Source of the DNA: a bacterium
GTDB taxonomy: Bacteria > UBA9089 > CG2-30-40-21 > SBAY01
Assembly (NCBI GenBank): GCA_040755795.1
Contig: JBFLXS010000001.1
Location: forward strand, 1 to 63,150
Length of the DNA: 63,150 nucleotides
Direction: 5' to 3'
Part shown: one piece after another, positions 40,001-55,000 of the stretch
How the letters are laid out: each line of letters begins with the position of its first letter
Position numbering within the stretch: position 1 is the first letter of the stretch
Program-made: the position numbers and the translations under genes
The notes under the pieces: generated by a model
Told to the model about the DNA's origin: nothing
What the model saw: only the letters and a program-made list of their open reading frames with translations
Databases searched by the model: none

Positions 40001-43000
40001 TATTAATGAAATATTAGGAGTTATAAAGAACAATACATTAGTATTTACTCCTGAGATAACACCTGTAACTTTAATTGTCTTCCATGAATATGGTTGAATA
40101 TTTATTGTAAAGGTAGTAGTGAAACTTCCTTCAGACGCTGCATTAACAACTGTAATACTCTGCTTTTTACCAAAGTCTATTCTAATTTCTTCTACTCCAT
40201 ATCCATTTCCCCATATAGTTACAAAAGACCCTACCGTTCCAGTATCAGGAGTAATCCAAATATTTGGCAGAATAGTAAAACTACCTATACAATACATTGA
40301 ATTAGCCCCATCAACTTTAATAGTAGTAGTCCCACAAGGTTGAGTGGTAACAGTAAATGTAACACTAAATGTTCCGCTCTTATTAGTAGAGGTAGTAACC
40401 ACCGTTGGAGTTGTGCCAAAGTCTATACGAATGTCATCTGTCGCTCCATAACCATTACCCGCTACCGTTACTATAGTTCCTACCGTTCCACTCTTTGGTG
40501 TAATTAAAATAATATTTGCCCATATAGTGAAGGTATAAGTTCCTCTATGTCCAGAGGTCTGACCTCTAACAACAATAGTTGTAATACCATAAGGTTGTGT
40601 ATCAACATTAAAGTCAGTAGTAAATGTCCCCAGATAATTACTCCCAAAGATTGCCCTCCCAAATGTTGTCCCAAAATCAAGTACGATTGTCTCACTTCCA
40701 AACCCTTCTCCAAAGACCGTTACTGTTGTCCCCACTGTCCCAAAAGTAGGTGTAATAGAGCTAATCTTACCCAGAACGATGAATGACTCAACTGCCGCTC
40801 TTTGAGATGAAAGTCCATAAGCTCTAATCGTAGTTGTTCCTGGTTGTGTTACTACAGTAAATGTTTGAGTAAATGTTCCTTCATCACTCGTAGTTATCTG
40901 ATTAATAGTAGCAATTGTCCCAAAATCTATCTGCACCAGTTCAGTTGCCCCAAATCCATTACCATTTACAGTCACTATAATCCCTATTGTCCCTGATTTT
41001 GGACTTATTTCAATTTTTGCGGTAATATGATATAACCAGGTATCTGATTCTCTATACCATAACCCTGTAGCCGTAATTGTCTGTTCCCCTTCTAATACAG
41101 GCACATTGAAGGTAACTGCAAATGTCCCACCTGAATTATCCACCACAGGACTTGCTGTCGTCATTGCTATAGTCATTTTTGTCCCAAAATCTATCCTGAT
41201 TGGTTCCGATTCACCATATCCATTTCCTTGAACAGTAATCAAAGTCCCAGGAGGATTATTGTCAGGTGTAATTGAAATAATTTTAGGTAAAATACGAAAC
41301 TTATCTTCTGGCATTTCTGGTATCGTTGGTGCACATCTCGATATTACACTCGTAGTACCAAAAGGTTGAGTATCTACAGTAAATGAAATAGCAAACGTTC
41401 CATAAAGAGAAGGTTCCTTATAAACTATGCTATCGTTTAACCCAAAACGAATTATTACCCACCAAAACTCTCCTGAAGGATATCCATCTCCATATACAGT
41501 TACCCATTCTCCTACTGAACCTTTCTCTGGAGTAACTAAAGTAATTCGTGGCTTAATAAAGAAATGCTCCATAGTATGTGTCCCATCAACCCCTGAAATA
41601 GCTGATGAACCATAAGTCAGTCCAACTGCATGCAAAGTAGTTAACCCATACGGTTGAGTGTCGATGCTGAAGGTAGTGGTGAATGACCCGCAAGTTTCTG
41701 CCGTAACTAAAGCAATAGTGCGATTTGTGCCAAATTGTATTCGGATAACCTCGCTTGACCCATAACCATTACCACGCAAGGTTACCCGCGTATCTACTGT
41801 CCCGGTTGTTGGCGTGAACGAAATTATCCGCTGACGAATATGGAAGTAAGAAATAGCCGATGTCCCTATCCTTATACCAACAGCGGTAATCGTGGTTGTG
41901 CCATAAGGTTGAGTATCAATGGTAAATGTTGTCGTGAATGAACCAAAGGCAGTTGAAGTGCAGTAAGTAATTGTCCGCTTTGTGCCAAAATTGATATGTA
42001 TTGACTCCGTAGCACCATAGCCATTACCACTAACCGTGATTATATTCCCTACCGTGCCAATAGTTGGTGTAACAAAAATTATATTCGGTCGAATAGTCAA
42101 AGTCTGCGTGGCAAATACCAGCTCATCAATAATCTGGACATCCGTTGCCCTAATCGTAGTCGTTCCAAAAGGCTGGGTGTCAATGGTAAAGGTAGTGGTA
42201 AATGACCCTTCGGCATAGGTTGAGGTAGTCTGAATAGTAACAATTGTCCCAAAATCTATCCGAATTAAATGCGTTGCCCCAAATCCATTACCGCGTAAAG
42301 TAATTATTGTCCCGACCGTGCCCGCACCTGGCGAAACTACTGTGATATTTGGCAGTATCTTTAATCGGTTGCTGGCATTAACATTTCCTTCATCCTGCCC
42401 ATAAGCCGTGATAGTAGTAGTGCCAAACGGTTGTGTATCAATAGTAAATGTGGTTGTCCATGTCCCTTCTGCATAACTTGATGTTGTCTGAATAGTCCTA
42501 TTCGTCCCAAACGCAATCCGCACCGCTACCGATGCCTCATACCCTGTCCCACGAATAGTGATAATACTGCCCACCGTTCCTTGAGTTGGAGTAACATAGA
42601 ATAATTCTGGTAGAATAGTCAATGTCCCTTCTGCCTTTCTAACAATATTATCTTGCCAGGCAACAATTGTCTTTAGACTATACGGCTGACTATCAATGGT
42701 AAATGTGGTTGTCCATGACCCTTCTGCATAACTCGAAGTTGTCTGAATAGTCCTATTTGTCCCAAATTCTATCCTGACCGTATTTGATGCACTATAGCCA
42801 TTACCCCTAATAGTAATTATAGTCCCTACCGTGCCTGAAGTTGGTGAGATATAGATAATATTTGGTAAGATAGTTGTGCTACCATAAGCTACTACCCCCG
42901 CCGCAAATCCTGTATCTTCTGCCATAATCGTTGTTGTCCCATAAGGCTGGGTATCTATGGTAAATGTGGTTGTCCATGACCCTTCAGCATAAGTCGAGGT

Positions 43001-46000
43001 TGTCTGAATCGTCCGAGTCCTCCCAAAATCTATCCGAATCGTATGTGATGCCCCATAACCATTACCCCTAACCGTGATTATACTTCCTACCGTTGCCTGT
43101 TTTGGTGTGACTAAAATGATATTGGGCAAGATAGTAAATGTCCCCAACGATTTTATACCTATATTATCCTGATGAGCAGTAATCGTGGTAATCCCATACT
43201 GTTGAGTATCAATGGTAAAGGTAGTGGTAAAGCTACCTTGTGCTACAGATGTAACCGTCTGAATAGTCCGAATGGTTCCAAATGCTATCCGAATTGTCCG
43301 ACTCGCACTATAACCATTCCCACTGACTGTAACCTTTGTTCCCACCGTTCCTTCTTGAGGTGAAATCCAGATAATATTTGGCTGAATAGAGAAAGACAGG
43401 TCATCATCCGAAATCGTAGATTCTGTTCCGTAAGCAATGATAGTCGTCGTTCCATAAGGCTGAGTATCTACGGTAAATTTAACTGTAAACGACCCAAGCC
43501 CATTGACATGAGTGGTAGTAATCGTCCGTGTCGTTCCAAAATGTATGGCTACTGTCTCCGATGTCTTATAACCATTTCCTTTAACCGTAACCCAACTTCC
43601 TACTGTGCCTGTAGTTGGTGTAACCGAAATAATCCGTGCTATAATCGTGAAATAATCCCAGTTTAAAACACCGGTTACACTTCCCACCGCCGTAATAGTT
43701 GTTGACCCATACATTTGTGTATCGACGCTAAACCAGGTCGTAAATGAACCATAAGCCTCAGTAGTTGTTGTATTTATTGTCTTAGTTGTCCCAAAATGTA
43801 TATAAATCTTCTCCGTCGCACCAAATCCATTACCTCTAACCGTAATCCTATCTCCCACTACACCAGTTAGAGGCGTAACCAAAATAATCCTGGGCAAAAT
43901 ACTCACTGTCCCTTCTGCCTGGATATGCGGGTCATATCCGTGGGCAATCACCGTTGTCGTCCCATAAGGTTGAGTGGTAATAGTAAATGTAGTGGTAAAT
44001 GACCCTTCGTAGGCAGAGGTAACAAATTGGATACTGGAGGTCGTGCCAAATTCTATCATCACCGTCTGTGAACTATGATAGCCATTACCACTGATAGTAA
44101 TTACTGCCCCTACTGTACCGGATGTTGGTGTAATTCGAATGATATTTGGTAGTATGCAATATGTTCCAACTGCTTGTTCACTACCATACGCCTTAATGGT
44201 CGTTATCCCCCACGGTTGCGTAGTAATGGTAAATGTAGTTGTGAAACTACCATATTTTTCACTTGAGGTAATTTGAATAGTAGGTGTTCTGCCAAAATTG
44301 AGCTTAATCGTCTTTGATGCCCCAAATCCATTCCCACTGACCGTAACTATTGACCCTACCGTCCCTTGTGTCGGAGTAATCAAAATAATATTTGATTCGA
44401 TACTCAATGATCCGTAACGATGTAAATCCTGGTCATCACCATGAGCACCAACCGTAGTTGTCCCATAAGGTTGGGTATCTATAGTAAAGGTAGTAGTCCA
44501 GGAACCTCGAGCGTAGGTTGAAGTAGTCTGGATTGTCCGACTGGTCCCAAACTTTATCCGAATAGTCCGACTTGCACCATAACCATTACCAGCAATGGTA
44601 ATTATACTGCCTACAGTCGCAGATGTTGGTGTGATTAAAATAATATTTGGTAAAATGGTAATCGTCCCTTCCCGAGATGGTGCCTGTCCATCAACCTGAT
44701 GTGCCCGAACTGTGGTTGTCCCATAAAGTTGGGTATCTATAGTAAAGGTAGTAGTCCAGGAACCTCGAGCGTAGGTTGAAGTAGTTTGAATTGTCTGACT
44801 GGTCCCAAATTCTATCCGAATAGTCCGACTTGCACCATAGCCATTACCACAAATAGTGATAATTGCCCCGACTGTCCCTGATGTAGGTGTAATCAGGATA
44901 ATATTTGGCAGAATAGTAACTGTCCCCGCAGAATTAATTATCTCTGTGCCCGTGCCTCTACCATAAGCAGTGAAAGTAGTAACCCCGTATGGTTGAGTAT
45001 CTATGGTAAATGTAGTGGTGAAACTACCCTGTGCTACAGATGTAACCGTCTGAATTGTCCGACTGGTCCCAAAATCTATACGAATGCTATCCGTAGCAGA
45101 ATAACCATTACCACTAACAGTAATAACCGTTCCTACCGAACCTTGAGTTGGAGTAATAGCGATGATATTAGGTAGAATTGTAAATGACCTGTCAAAGGCT
45201 GATTCACCAGGAATACCCCTATCTCTACCAGTGATAGTAGTCGAGCCATAAGGTTGGGTAGTAATCGTAAAGACAGCCGTAAATGAACCATGATAATAAG
45301 TAGAGGTAATAATCACCGAAGGTGTAGTGCCAAAATCTATCTGAACCAGATTAGTGGCACTATAGCCATTACCTCGCACCGTAACTTGAGACCCAACTGT
45401 CCCGGACAGAGGCGTCACCAGAATAATATTTGGCTTGATAAAGAATGTCACAGTAAATGACCCACCACTATTTATGCCCGTTGAGGTAACTGTCGTTGAC
45501 CCTGCTGGCTGGGTATCAATAGTAAAGGTAGTAGTAAATGACCCGGTGTAATCAGCCGTAGTTACGGCAATCGTAAATGTCCTGCCAAAGCTCACCCGAA
45601 TAGTTTCAGATGCCTGATACCCCTGCCCATTAACCGTCACCCAACTACCTACTGTGCCTGATGTCGGTGTAATGGTCAATCTACTGGTAATGATAAATGT
45701 TGTGGTAGCAGAAGCCCAATTAAAGTTTGAAGCCCTAAGTTTATGTCCGGTTGCCTTAACGGTAGTAATACCAACTGGCTGAATATCTACTGTAAACTGG
45801 GTAGTAAATGTCCCATCTTCACTTGTAGTAATTCCTGTAGTAATACTCTCTGTCGTCCCAAAATCAAGCTTTATCATCTCCGTCACCCCATATCCTGCAC
45901 CCTCTACCGTAACCACCGTGCCTACAGAACCTGATAGAGGTGTAGTAATTAATAAACGAGGGATAATAATAAATGTATTAGTCGCTCTAATATACTCACT

Positions 46001-49000
46001 TCCTATTAGATATACTGATATTGTTGTAGTTCCTGCACATTGAGAATTTACCTCGAACGAAAATTTATCTTCACCATCAGTAGTGTTCTTAACAATATCA
46101 GGTAAAGTTGTCTTCCCAAATTCACGCTTAAGCCATATTTCTCCACTAGGATATCCATCAAAATAAACCGTAATATTTGTACCTACCGTACCTATTGAAG
46201 GTGAAATCTCTCTAATCCGTTGTGTAATCTTAAAATCACTATAAAGCACCCTACCAGAACCTACCCCAAAAATTGTAATTGTTGTAGAACCATAAGGTTG
46301 GGTATCGATAGTAAAGGTAACCGTAAATGTCCCAAATCTATTTGAAGTTACAGTATTAATCGTTCCTGCAACCCCAAATGCAATCTGTATTAATTCAGAT
46401 GCCCCATATCCATTTCCTTGTATAGTAACAATAGTACTCACTGTCCCTGTTTTCGGAGTAACTAAAGTAAGTTTTTCTTTAATTACAAAAGTCCAGGTGC
46501 CGTGTCCTTCACCTGTTTCCCAATCACCATACCACGGATAGGAACTAAGTCCAATACCAACTATAGTCGTTGTTCCATAGGGTTGTTCATTTACAGTCCA
46601 ACTAACACTAAATGTCCCCTCTGATGATGGAGTAGTAATTGTAATCGTTCCCGTAGTCCCAAATAATATATGCACCTGTTCATTATTTCCATAACCATTT
46701 GCCGTAATAGTAACATTAGAACTAATGGTTCCCTCAGAAGGAGCGACATTAGTAATCTTTGGCATAATCACATATAAGAACTTCTCCGATTGACGACCAG
46801 AACCCTGACCTATAACTACAATAGTTTTGGTCCCAAAGCATTGTATATTAACATCAAAAGCAACTGTAAATGAGCCGGAAGAAGTAGCAGTAGCCCCATT
46901 TGGATATAATTGTGTTCCAACAAATTGTGAATTACCAAATTTAACCTTTAGCGATTCTCCTCCTTGATATCCATCACCAGATAATGTAACTCTACTCCCA
47001 ACTGTTCCTGAGGAAGGTGTTACTTCAAAGATACGAGGTAAAACATAGAAAGTATAGGTAGCAGATGCACCTGAGGCTAAATCTATTGCCCAAATGGTAG
47101 TCGTCCCCGGCTGAGTATCTACGGTAAAGGTTGTGGTAACTGACCCTGAGGCAAAGGCAGTTACAGTCGTGATAGTCAAAGTAGTCCCAAATCTTATCTG
47201 CAGTAATTGACTTCCAGTATAACCATTGGCATAAATAGTTACTATTGTCCCTACCGTTCCTGAAGTAGGTGTAATTGAAATAATATTAGGTAAGATAAAG
47301 ACGGTAGATGTAGCCTCGTATTGTGAATTCAAACCCAAAGCAATAATTGTTGTTGTCCCATAAGACTGGGTATTAATAGTAAAGGTAACACTAAATGTCC
47401 CCCCCAATGTATTCTCTGCGTCTACTATTGGAGTAGATGTTACTGTAATAATAGTAGTAGTAATACCAAATTGAATCCTTATCTTTTCTTCTATATCAAA
47501 ACCCTTACCTTTAATAGTCACAATTGTTCCTACCGTCCCGATAGTAGGTGTAGTTGAAATAATATTAGGAATTATATAGAATACTCTATAATGTAATGCA
47601 TTAAAAGGAGGCGCATCTTTAATGGTAACGGTCCTTGAGCCAAATGGATGATCATCTACTGTAAAGATATAAGTGAAAGAACCATTGGCTGGTGGAGATA
47701 ACATAGGCAGTACCTGAGCATCTAAGAAAATACCTACTACTTCATTAGGATACCCTGTGGCACTTATAGTTATATTTGTTCCTACTGTTCCTTTTGTCGG
47801 CGTAATTAAGGTTATTTGTGATATTATCTTAAATGTATTAGGCGAGGTTCGAGTTGCAACCGCCCCTGTATCAAACCCATATGCCACAATATCCGTATCT
47901 CCATACTTTTGTGTATCCACTGTAAATGTAGTTGTCCATGAACCGTAATATCCAGAATTTGTAGGATCAGTAGAGACTAAAGTAATAGTGGGATTCGTAC
48001 CGAATTTAATCCTGACTAATTCATTTTGACCATAACCATTACCCATTACCGTAACAACACTCCCCACCACCCCTTCTGTTGGCGTAACTAAAATAATATT
48101 TGCCGTTATACAAAAAGTGCCTTCCTCAGATAGATAAGGAGAAATATGCAACGCTTTAATAGTCTTTATTCCATAAAATTGGGTATTTACTGTAAAAGTA
48201 ATTGTAAATGAACCATAGTCAGTACTTGAACCTATGGTAATCCCTTGCATTCCTCCCTGAGCTGGGTCACCAAAGTCAATTCTCACCGTATCACTTGCCC
48301 GATACCCATCACCTCTTACCGTAACAATAGTCCCCACTGAACCTGAGGTAGGAGTAACAAATACAACCCTCTGTCTTATACTAAATGTCCCCTTGGCAGA
48401 AATATTATAATATTTATCCGTATATGGGCATCCCTGATTCTTCCATACCGCAGTTATAGAGGTTGTCCCGTAAGGTTGTGTATCAACTTCAAATACTAAT
48501 CTTATTAAACCCTTATTATAGTCTGACGACATACTCCTAATATGCCATTCCCACTCGTCATCAGCCCATGATGGAGATGATGCTCCTGCCCCTTGCACTG
48601 TTCCAAAATCTATAGCTATATACCCCGTAGATGGATAGCCTGTTCCTTCTACCGTTACTGAAGTCCCTACCGTCCCCGTAGTAGGTGTAACAAGAATAAT
48701 ATTAGGTGTAATAAAGTATGTATTCGTTGCCTGCTCATTATATCTACTACCTCTCGCCACAATAGTTGTCGTTGCATACGGTTGACTATCAACCGTAAAT
48801 CTCACCGTCCATGACCCATCCACACTTGCACTTGTCAAAACTATATCTGCTATTGTCCCAAACTTAACATTTATACTCACAGAGGTATCATATCCATTCC
48901 CATATATAGTCACATAGCTACCTACGGTCCCGATTGTAGGCGTAACTAAAAAGATATTTGGCTGGATACGGAATGTAGTTGTTGCGGCTGTTTCACCAAA

Positions 49001-52000
49001 AATCTCACCAGTTGCCCTGATAGTTGTTGTACTAAACGGCTGAGTATCTACGGTAAATGTCAAGGTAAATGAACCATTCACCGTCGCAGAGCCTGTAGTA
49101 AATGTTCCTGTAGTGCCAAACTTAAAGAGGATAGTTTCTGATAAACCATACCCATTACCAGATACTGTAACTACACTACCTACTGTAGCCGCAGTTGGTG
49201 TGATATTGATAATCTTTGGCTGGATTACAAATGGCAGTGTGGTAGTAGTATTAGTTGCCCGTTCTCCGCTTGCAGCACCTTTAGCCACAATTGTTGTTGT
49301 CCCGTAAGGTTGAGTATCTATAGTAAAGGTAAGAGTAAATGAGCCATAGGCTGTAGTTACCGCACTACTTATAGTTTGCGTGCCAGTGACCAGATTCTGT
49401 GTTGTCCCAAAATCTATCCAGATATTCTCGGTCATCCCATACCCATTCCCGGCTACGGTAACCACACTTCCTACTGTGCCTTTAGATGGTGTAACTACGA
49501 TAATATTAGCGATGATAGTAAATGTCCCTTCATTCGTAGGTAACCCGGATGTTAAACCATAAGCCCAAATAGTTTTCGTCCCATACGGTTGGGTATCCAC
49601 AGTAAATTTCGTTGTAAATGTTCCACCAGATACCTGACTGGCTGGAACGATAGTAATTGTTGTCTTATCCCCAAAACTTATCCGCACAGACTCATTACTC
49701 TTAAACCCATCTGCCGAAATAGTAACATAACTTCCTACACTGCCTCTTGTTGGAGTAATTTGATAAATCCTTGCCTGAACCTGGAATGTAGTGGTTGCCG
49801 CCCAAATTCCATTAACATCATCATAGGCAGTAATCGTACAGGTGCCTGCCGCCTGCGTATCTACGGTAAAGGTAATCGTAAATGACCCATATTGAGTACT
49901 GCTAATAGTATTAATCGTAGGAGTCGTCCCAAATTTTATCCTTATAGTCTGGGATAACCCAAATCCATTACCACTTACCGTAAGCACTGTTCCCACAGGT
50001 CCTGCTGGTTGATTCAAATAAATAATATTGGGTAATATCCTACAGGTCTTAGTTGCCGGATATTTATAGGTATTTCCTCTACCTATAATAGTTGTTGTTC
50101 CATAAGGTTGTGTATCAATAGTAAAGGTAACATTAAATGACCCTACTTCCTCAGCTACAGCAATCGTTATACTCTGTCTCGTCCCAAAATCTATTCTTGT
50201 TTGCTCCTGGTTGCCATAGCCCCTACCCCAAATAGTTATAATTGTTCCCACAATACCCTCTGGTGGCTCAACCTTCCAGATATCCGGTAAAATAAAGAAA
50301 CTTGAGTAAGCAGTAGGAGTTCCTTCACTTATTGAGTCCTTGTTATGAACTGTAATGGTCGTAGTCCCATACGGCTGAGATTTATCAATCACAAAGGTAA
50401 AATAACCAGGTGTATCGGCTTTATCAACACTCCCATCATTATTTATCCTCAGCCACTCATATTTATCTATCTCATTACCAAAGTCTAAAACTGCGTTCAG
50501 ATGTGTCCCATCGTAATAATAACCATCACCCCACACTGTTACCGTTATGCCTACTGAACCCTGAGTTGGCGAGACCAAATAAATTCTTGGAAGTATCTTG
50601 AATGTTCGAGTGCCTATCTGTTGAGTGAGCGTCCCTTTCATTTCTACAGTCTTTGACCCATACATTCGTCTATCTATGGTAAATGTAGTACTAAATGACC
50701 CAAAAACAGTAGTAGATATAGTTCCTCGTATACTCTCGGCAATTCCACCTCCACTAATTGTAATCGAAATCTCCTCACTTGCCCCATAACCATTACCTGC
50801 CACTGTAACTACTGTGGTTACAGAGCCAATGGTCGGAGTAAACAAGATTATATTTGAGTAAATCTTGAAGAAATAGTCTGATACCGTCCCATACTGTTGA
50901 CTACCAAGTCCTGTAACCTTAAGTGTTGTCGTGCCATAAGGCTGGGTATTAACAGTAAATGTAGTGGAGAATGACCCTTCTGCATAGGTTGAAGTAGTTA
51001 ATAAAGTAACATTAGTTCCAAAATCTATCTGGATAAGTTCTGTGGCACCAAATCCATTCCCGGCTATGGTAACTATTGTTCCTACTGTTCCGCTTTGTGG
51101 TGAGAATAGGAATAGATTAGAGGTAATTCCTACACTACCAATAGATTCAAAATACTCTCCATAAGTAGAACTTACTTTAACCGTATGCGTCCCAAAATGT
51201 TGAGTAGTAATAGTAAATTTAGTTGAGAAAGAACCATAAGCAGTAGAGTTAAATCCCGGAAGCGCATCTGTCCCAAAATTTATGGATATTTGTGTTGCAC
51301 TACCAAATCCATTACCAGTAATAGTCACAAAACTACCCACTGTGCCAGTTCTTGGTGACAAATAAATAATGATATTAACAATCTTGAAATAGCCGGTTGA
51401 AGTCCCTGATGCAGAAACACCCACAGCATTAATTGTCGTTGTCCCATAAGGTTGCGTATCCGTAGTAAATGAAGTAGTAAATGTCCCACAGGCATTGGCT
51501 TGACTTACGGTTATACTCCGTTTTGTCCCAAAATCTATCCGAATAGTCTCAGAGGCACTAAAACCTTCTCCATTTATGGTTACTACTGTCCCCACCGTTC
51601 CAAAAGAAGGTGTAACAAATGTTAAATTTGAAGTTATAGTAAGTGAAAAAGTCCCAGGAGCCTTTTGAGTGGTATCACTACCATAAGCCGTGATAGTTTT
51701 AAGACCATATCCCTGCGTATCAACCGTAAAGGTAGTTGTCCATGACCCAAAGGCTTGCGTTGAGGTCTGAGTTATGGTAGCAGTTGTCCCAAAATGAATC
51801 ACAATTACCTCACTTGCCCCAAAACCATTACCCTGGACAGTAACTATTGTTCCCACTGAACCGGAAACTGGACTGACAAAAAAGATGTTAGGCAAGATGA
51901 CTAACGAGGTATTTGTCTGAGTTCCTGGGCCCTTACTACAAATTGTCGTCGTCCCATATTTTTGAGTATCAACCGTAAAATATATGACAAACCTTCCCTG

Positions 52001-55000
52001 CCCAAATTGACCACCACTATTACCGGTAGTTATCGTCCTGGTTGTCCCAAAATGTATAGAAATAACTTCTGCACCACCAAATCCTGTTCCTTCTACCGTT
52101 ACTACCAATCCAACCGTTCCGGAGGTAGGTGTCACCCAAACATTAGGATTAATAGTAAAAGATTCTGTAGCTACTCGCTGAGAAGTAAGTCCACCAGCCC
52201 TTACCTCCTTATCTCCTACCGCTTGTGTATCTATAGTAAATGTTTGAGAAAAAGTCCCATTATTCGTCGTCGCCGTAGCAATACCCTCTGTAATTCCAAA
52301 TCTAATTTGGACATATTCTGAGGCCCCAAATCCTTGACCATAGATAGTCACAATTGTCCCTACCGTGCCTGCTCGAGGTGAAATATCGTAAATCTTACCT
52401 AAAACATGGAACAAGGTAGTAGCTGATGTGCCTGTATTAACTCCAGTTGCCTTAACCGTAACCGTCGCCGGCTGAGTAAGAACAGTAAAGGTGTAGCTAA
52501 AAGCACCATCGGAATCTGCACCTGTTGTTCCCGTATCCCCCGCACTCAGCGCCCCAAAATCTACATCCACTACCTCACTCAACCCATAGCCATTACCCTT
52601 TATCTCCACCAAAATCCCTATTGTTCCAGAAGTAGGAGAAATGCTGTAGATATTAGGTTGGATAGTAATTGAACCATAAAATGTCTGGATAGATCCTGCC
52701 GCGTAAACCTTGATAGTAGTAGTTCCAAAAGGTTGAATATCTACTGTAAAAGTAGTACTAATAGTACCTTTTGAACTTGCTCCAGTCATTTGACGATATG
52801 GATCTCCATCCGCCAACTTCGTCCCCATCTTAATTACTATAGTTTCTAGACTACTATATCCATCACCAGTTAAAGTAATATATGTTCCTACTGTTCCCGC
52901 ATTAGGAGATATAGAAATTATCCTTCCTTTTATCTTAAAATAATTAACCACTTCACGAATAATATCAAATCCCGTACCAGTAACAGTAGTTGAACCATAA
53001 GGTTGAGTATCAACATCAAACTTATTACTTGTTACTATATCTCCATACACATTTGCTTGTGCTGTGCAAATAGAACTCACTATACCAAATCCTATTTTTA
53101 TATATTCATTTTCTTTAAATCCATTACCAGAAACAGTAACTTTTGTCCCAATGGTTCCTTCAGATGGAGTAACACAGGTTATATTTGGAATAATAGTAAA
53201 TGTCCCCTCGGTTCTTATACCAGAAGTATCTGTCCCATAAACTGTTTTTGTTCCACCTGGTTGACCAGAAGAAATAGTCAGTTCCACTGTTAAAGAACCC
53301 GATGTAGCCGCCTTTTTAGTATTATCAATCTGCGAACCAATAACCAGTTGTATCACTCCAGGAGTAGGTGTAAATCCATTTCCAATAATAGTTACAATAG
53401 AACCAATAGTTCCTTGAGATGGAGTAACTAAAATCATCTTTGGTGTTATCTTAAAGGTAGTATTGGTAGCATAAGCTCCATCAGCACCTGTTGCAGAGAT
53501 TGTTGTTGTTCCATAAGGCTGAACATCGGTAGTGAATATTAAACTGATACTACCTAATCTATTGGAGGTAGTAGTAGTAATTGTCAGTGTTGACCCAAAT
53601 CCAATAGTCACTAACTCTGATGAACCATATCCATTACCCCAGACCATTACCTGAGAACCCACTGTCCCAGAACTCGGTGTAATATCCACTATCTTTGCCA
53701 GGATGAAGAAACTACTTGTCCCTCGGGTATAATTATCGGTTGCAACAATAGTATGACTCCCATAAGGCTGGAGGTTTACAGTGAAGGAAATAGTAAATGA
53801 GCCAAGGTTAGTTGAACTACCATAGGAGGTAAGTGGGCTATAATTACCAAAGTTAATAGTAATATCGGATGAAACTCCAAATCCATTACCAAAGACAGTC
53901 ACAGAACTTCCCACTGTCCCCAATGTAGGTTCCACCTTATAAATATTTCCAATTATGGTAAAGAGACAAACATTTTCTGATGAGGGGCTACTAAGCGATA
54001 CAGTAGTAGTTCCATAAGGTTGTGTATCAACCGTAAATGACTTAACAAATCCACCTGCCGCATTTGTTGAAGTAGAAGATATTGTTTTGGTAGTCCCAAA
54101 GTCTATATAAACATCTACAGATTGGGCAAAACCACTCCCGGTTACCGTAAGTATAGTTCCCACAGAACCTATAGTTGGTGAAATACTAATCTGTCCTCTT
54201 ATGGTAAATGTTCCTTCACCATAATGTCCAGAAGTAAACCCATAAGCAGTAATAGTTTTAACCCCAGCATTTTGTCCTGGAACAGTCAATGTCACGCTAA
54301 ATGAACCATTGGGACTACTGTATATTGTTGTCCAGGTTGTTGGACCACCAAAGGTTAATTTTATCTGTTCGTTATTCCCAAAACCATCACCTTTTACCGT
54401 TACTTCACTCCCTACGGTCCCTATTGTTGGAGTTATCTGCCAAATTCTACCTGTTACTACAAAAGTAGTTGTCGCTGTTAAACCTGATTTTATACCCGTA
54501 GCCTTAATAGTAGTAGTTGCCGCTTGAACATCCGCAGTAAAGGTAACTGAAAATGTCCCCTTTTCACTAAGTAAATTATAACCTACTTCCTTTCTATTTA
54601 TGGTAGTCCCAAAATCAATTCTAATGCCATCTGAATCACCAATAGATTTACTCCCAAAGCCTTCTCCATCTATAGTAATAGTTGTTCCCACTATCCCAGA
54701 AGTAGGAGTAATAACAATCTTTGTTTGAATCTTAAAAGTAGTAGCTGCTGTAGCACCACCTTGCCCTTCTACCATTACCACAATACTTGGTGTCCCAACC
54801 TGAGTAATGGTAGTAAATGTTACCGTGAAACTACCTTTTTCCGATGTAGTCCCTATTCCAACTACATCTCCCCCAAATTTTACCGTTATAGCCTCTGTTG
54901 GGCTAAATCCATCTCCCGAAATCGTTACTCGAATACCTATTGTGCCGCTTTGAGGTGAAATCTGAATTATGTTACCTCTCACAGTAAATGTAGCATATGC

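Noticed and set aside
733-40713. The 11 listed minus-strand ORFs (733-930, 961-1146, 4771-4986 ... 40504-40713), considered as genes or as fragments of the big gene.
   Set aside because: All have start coordinates = 0 (mod 3), one base out of phase with the giant frame (1 mod 3). Their products are Leu/Gln/His/Arg-rich strings with no repeat-domain motifs. They are off-frame readings of the same strand.
50414-50443. Calling the INNDGSVDKAD loop a bona fide EF-hand or dockerin-type calcium site.
   Set aside because: The first coordinating position is Arg and the motif occurs only once in what I read. It is kept only as a low-interest hypothesis, not as a feature.
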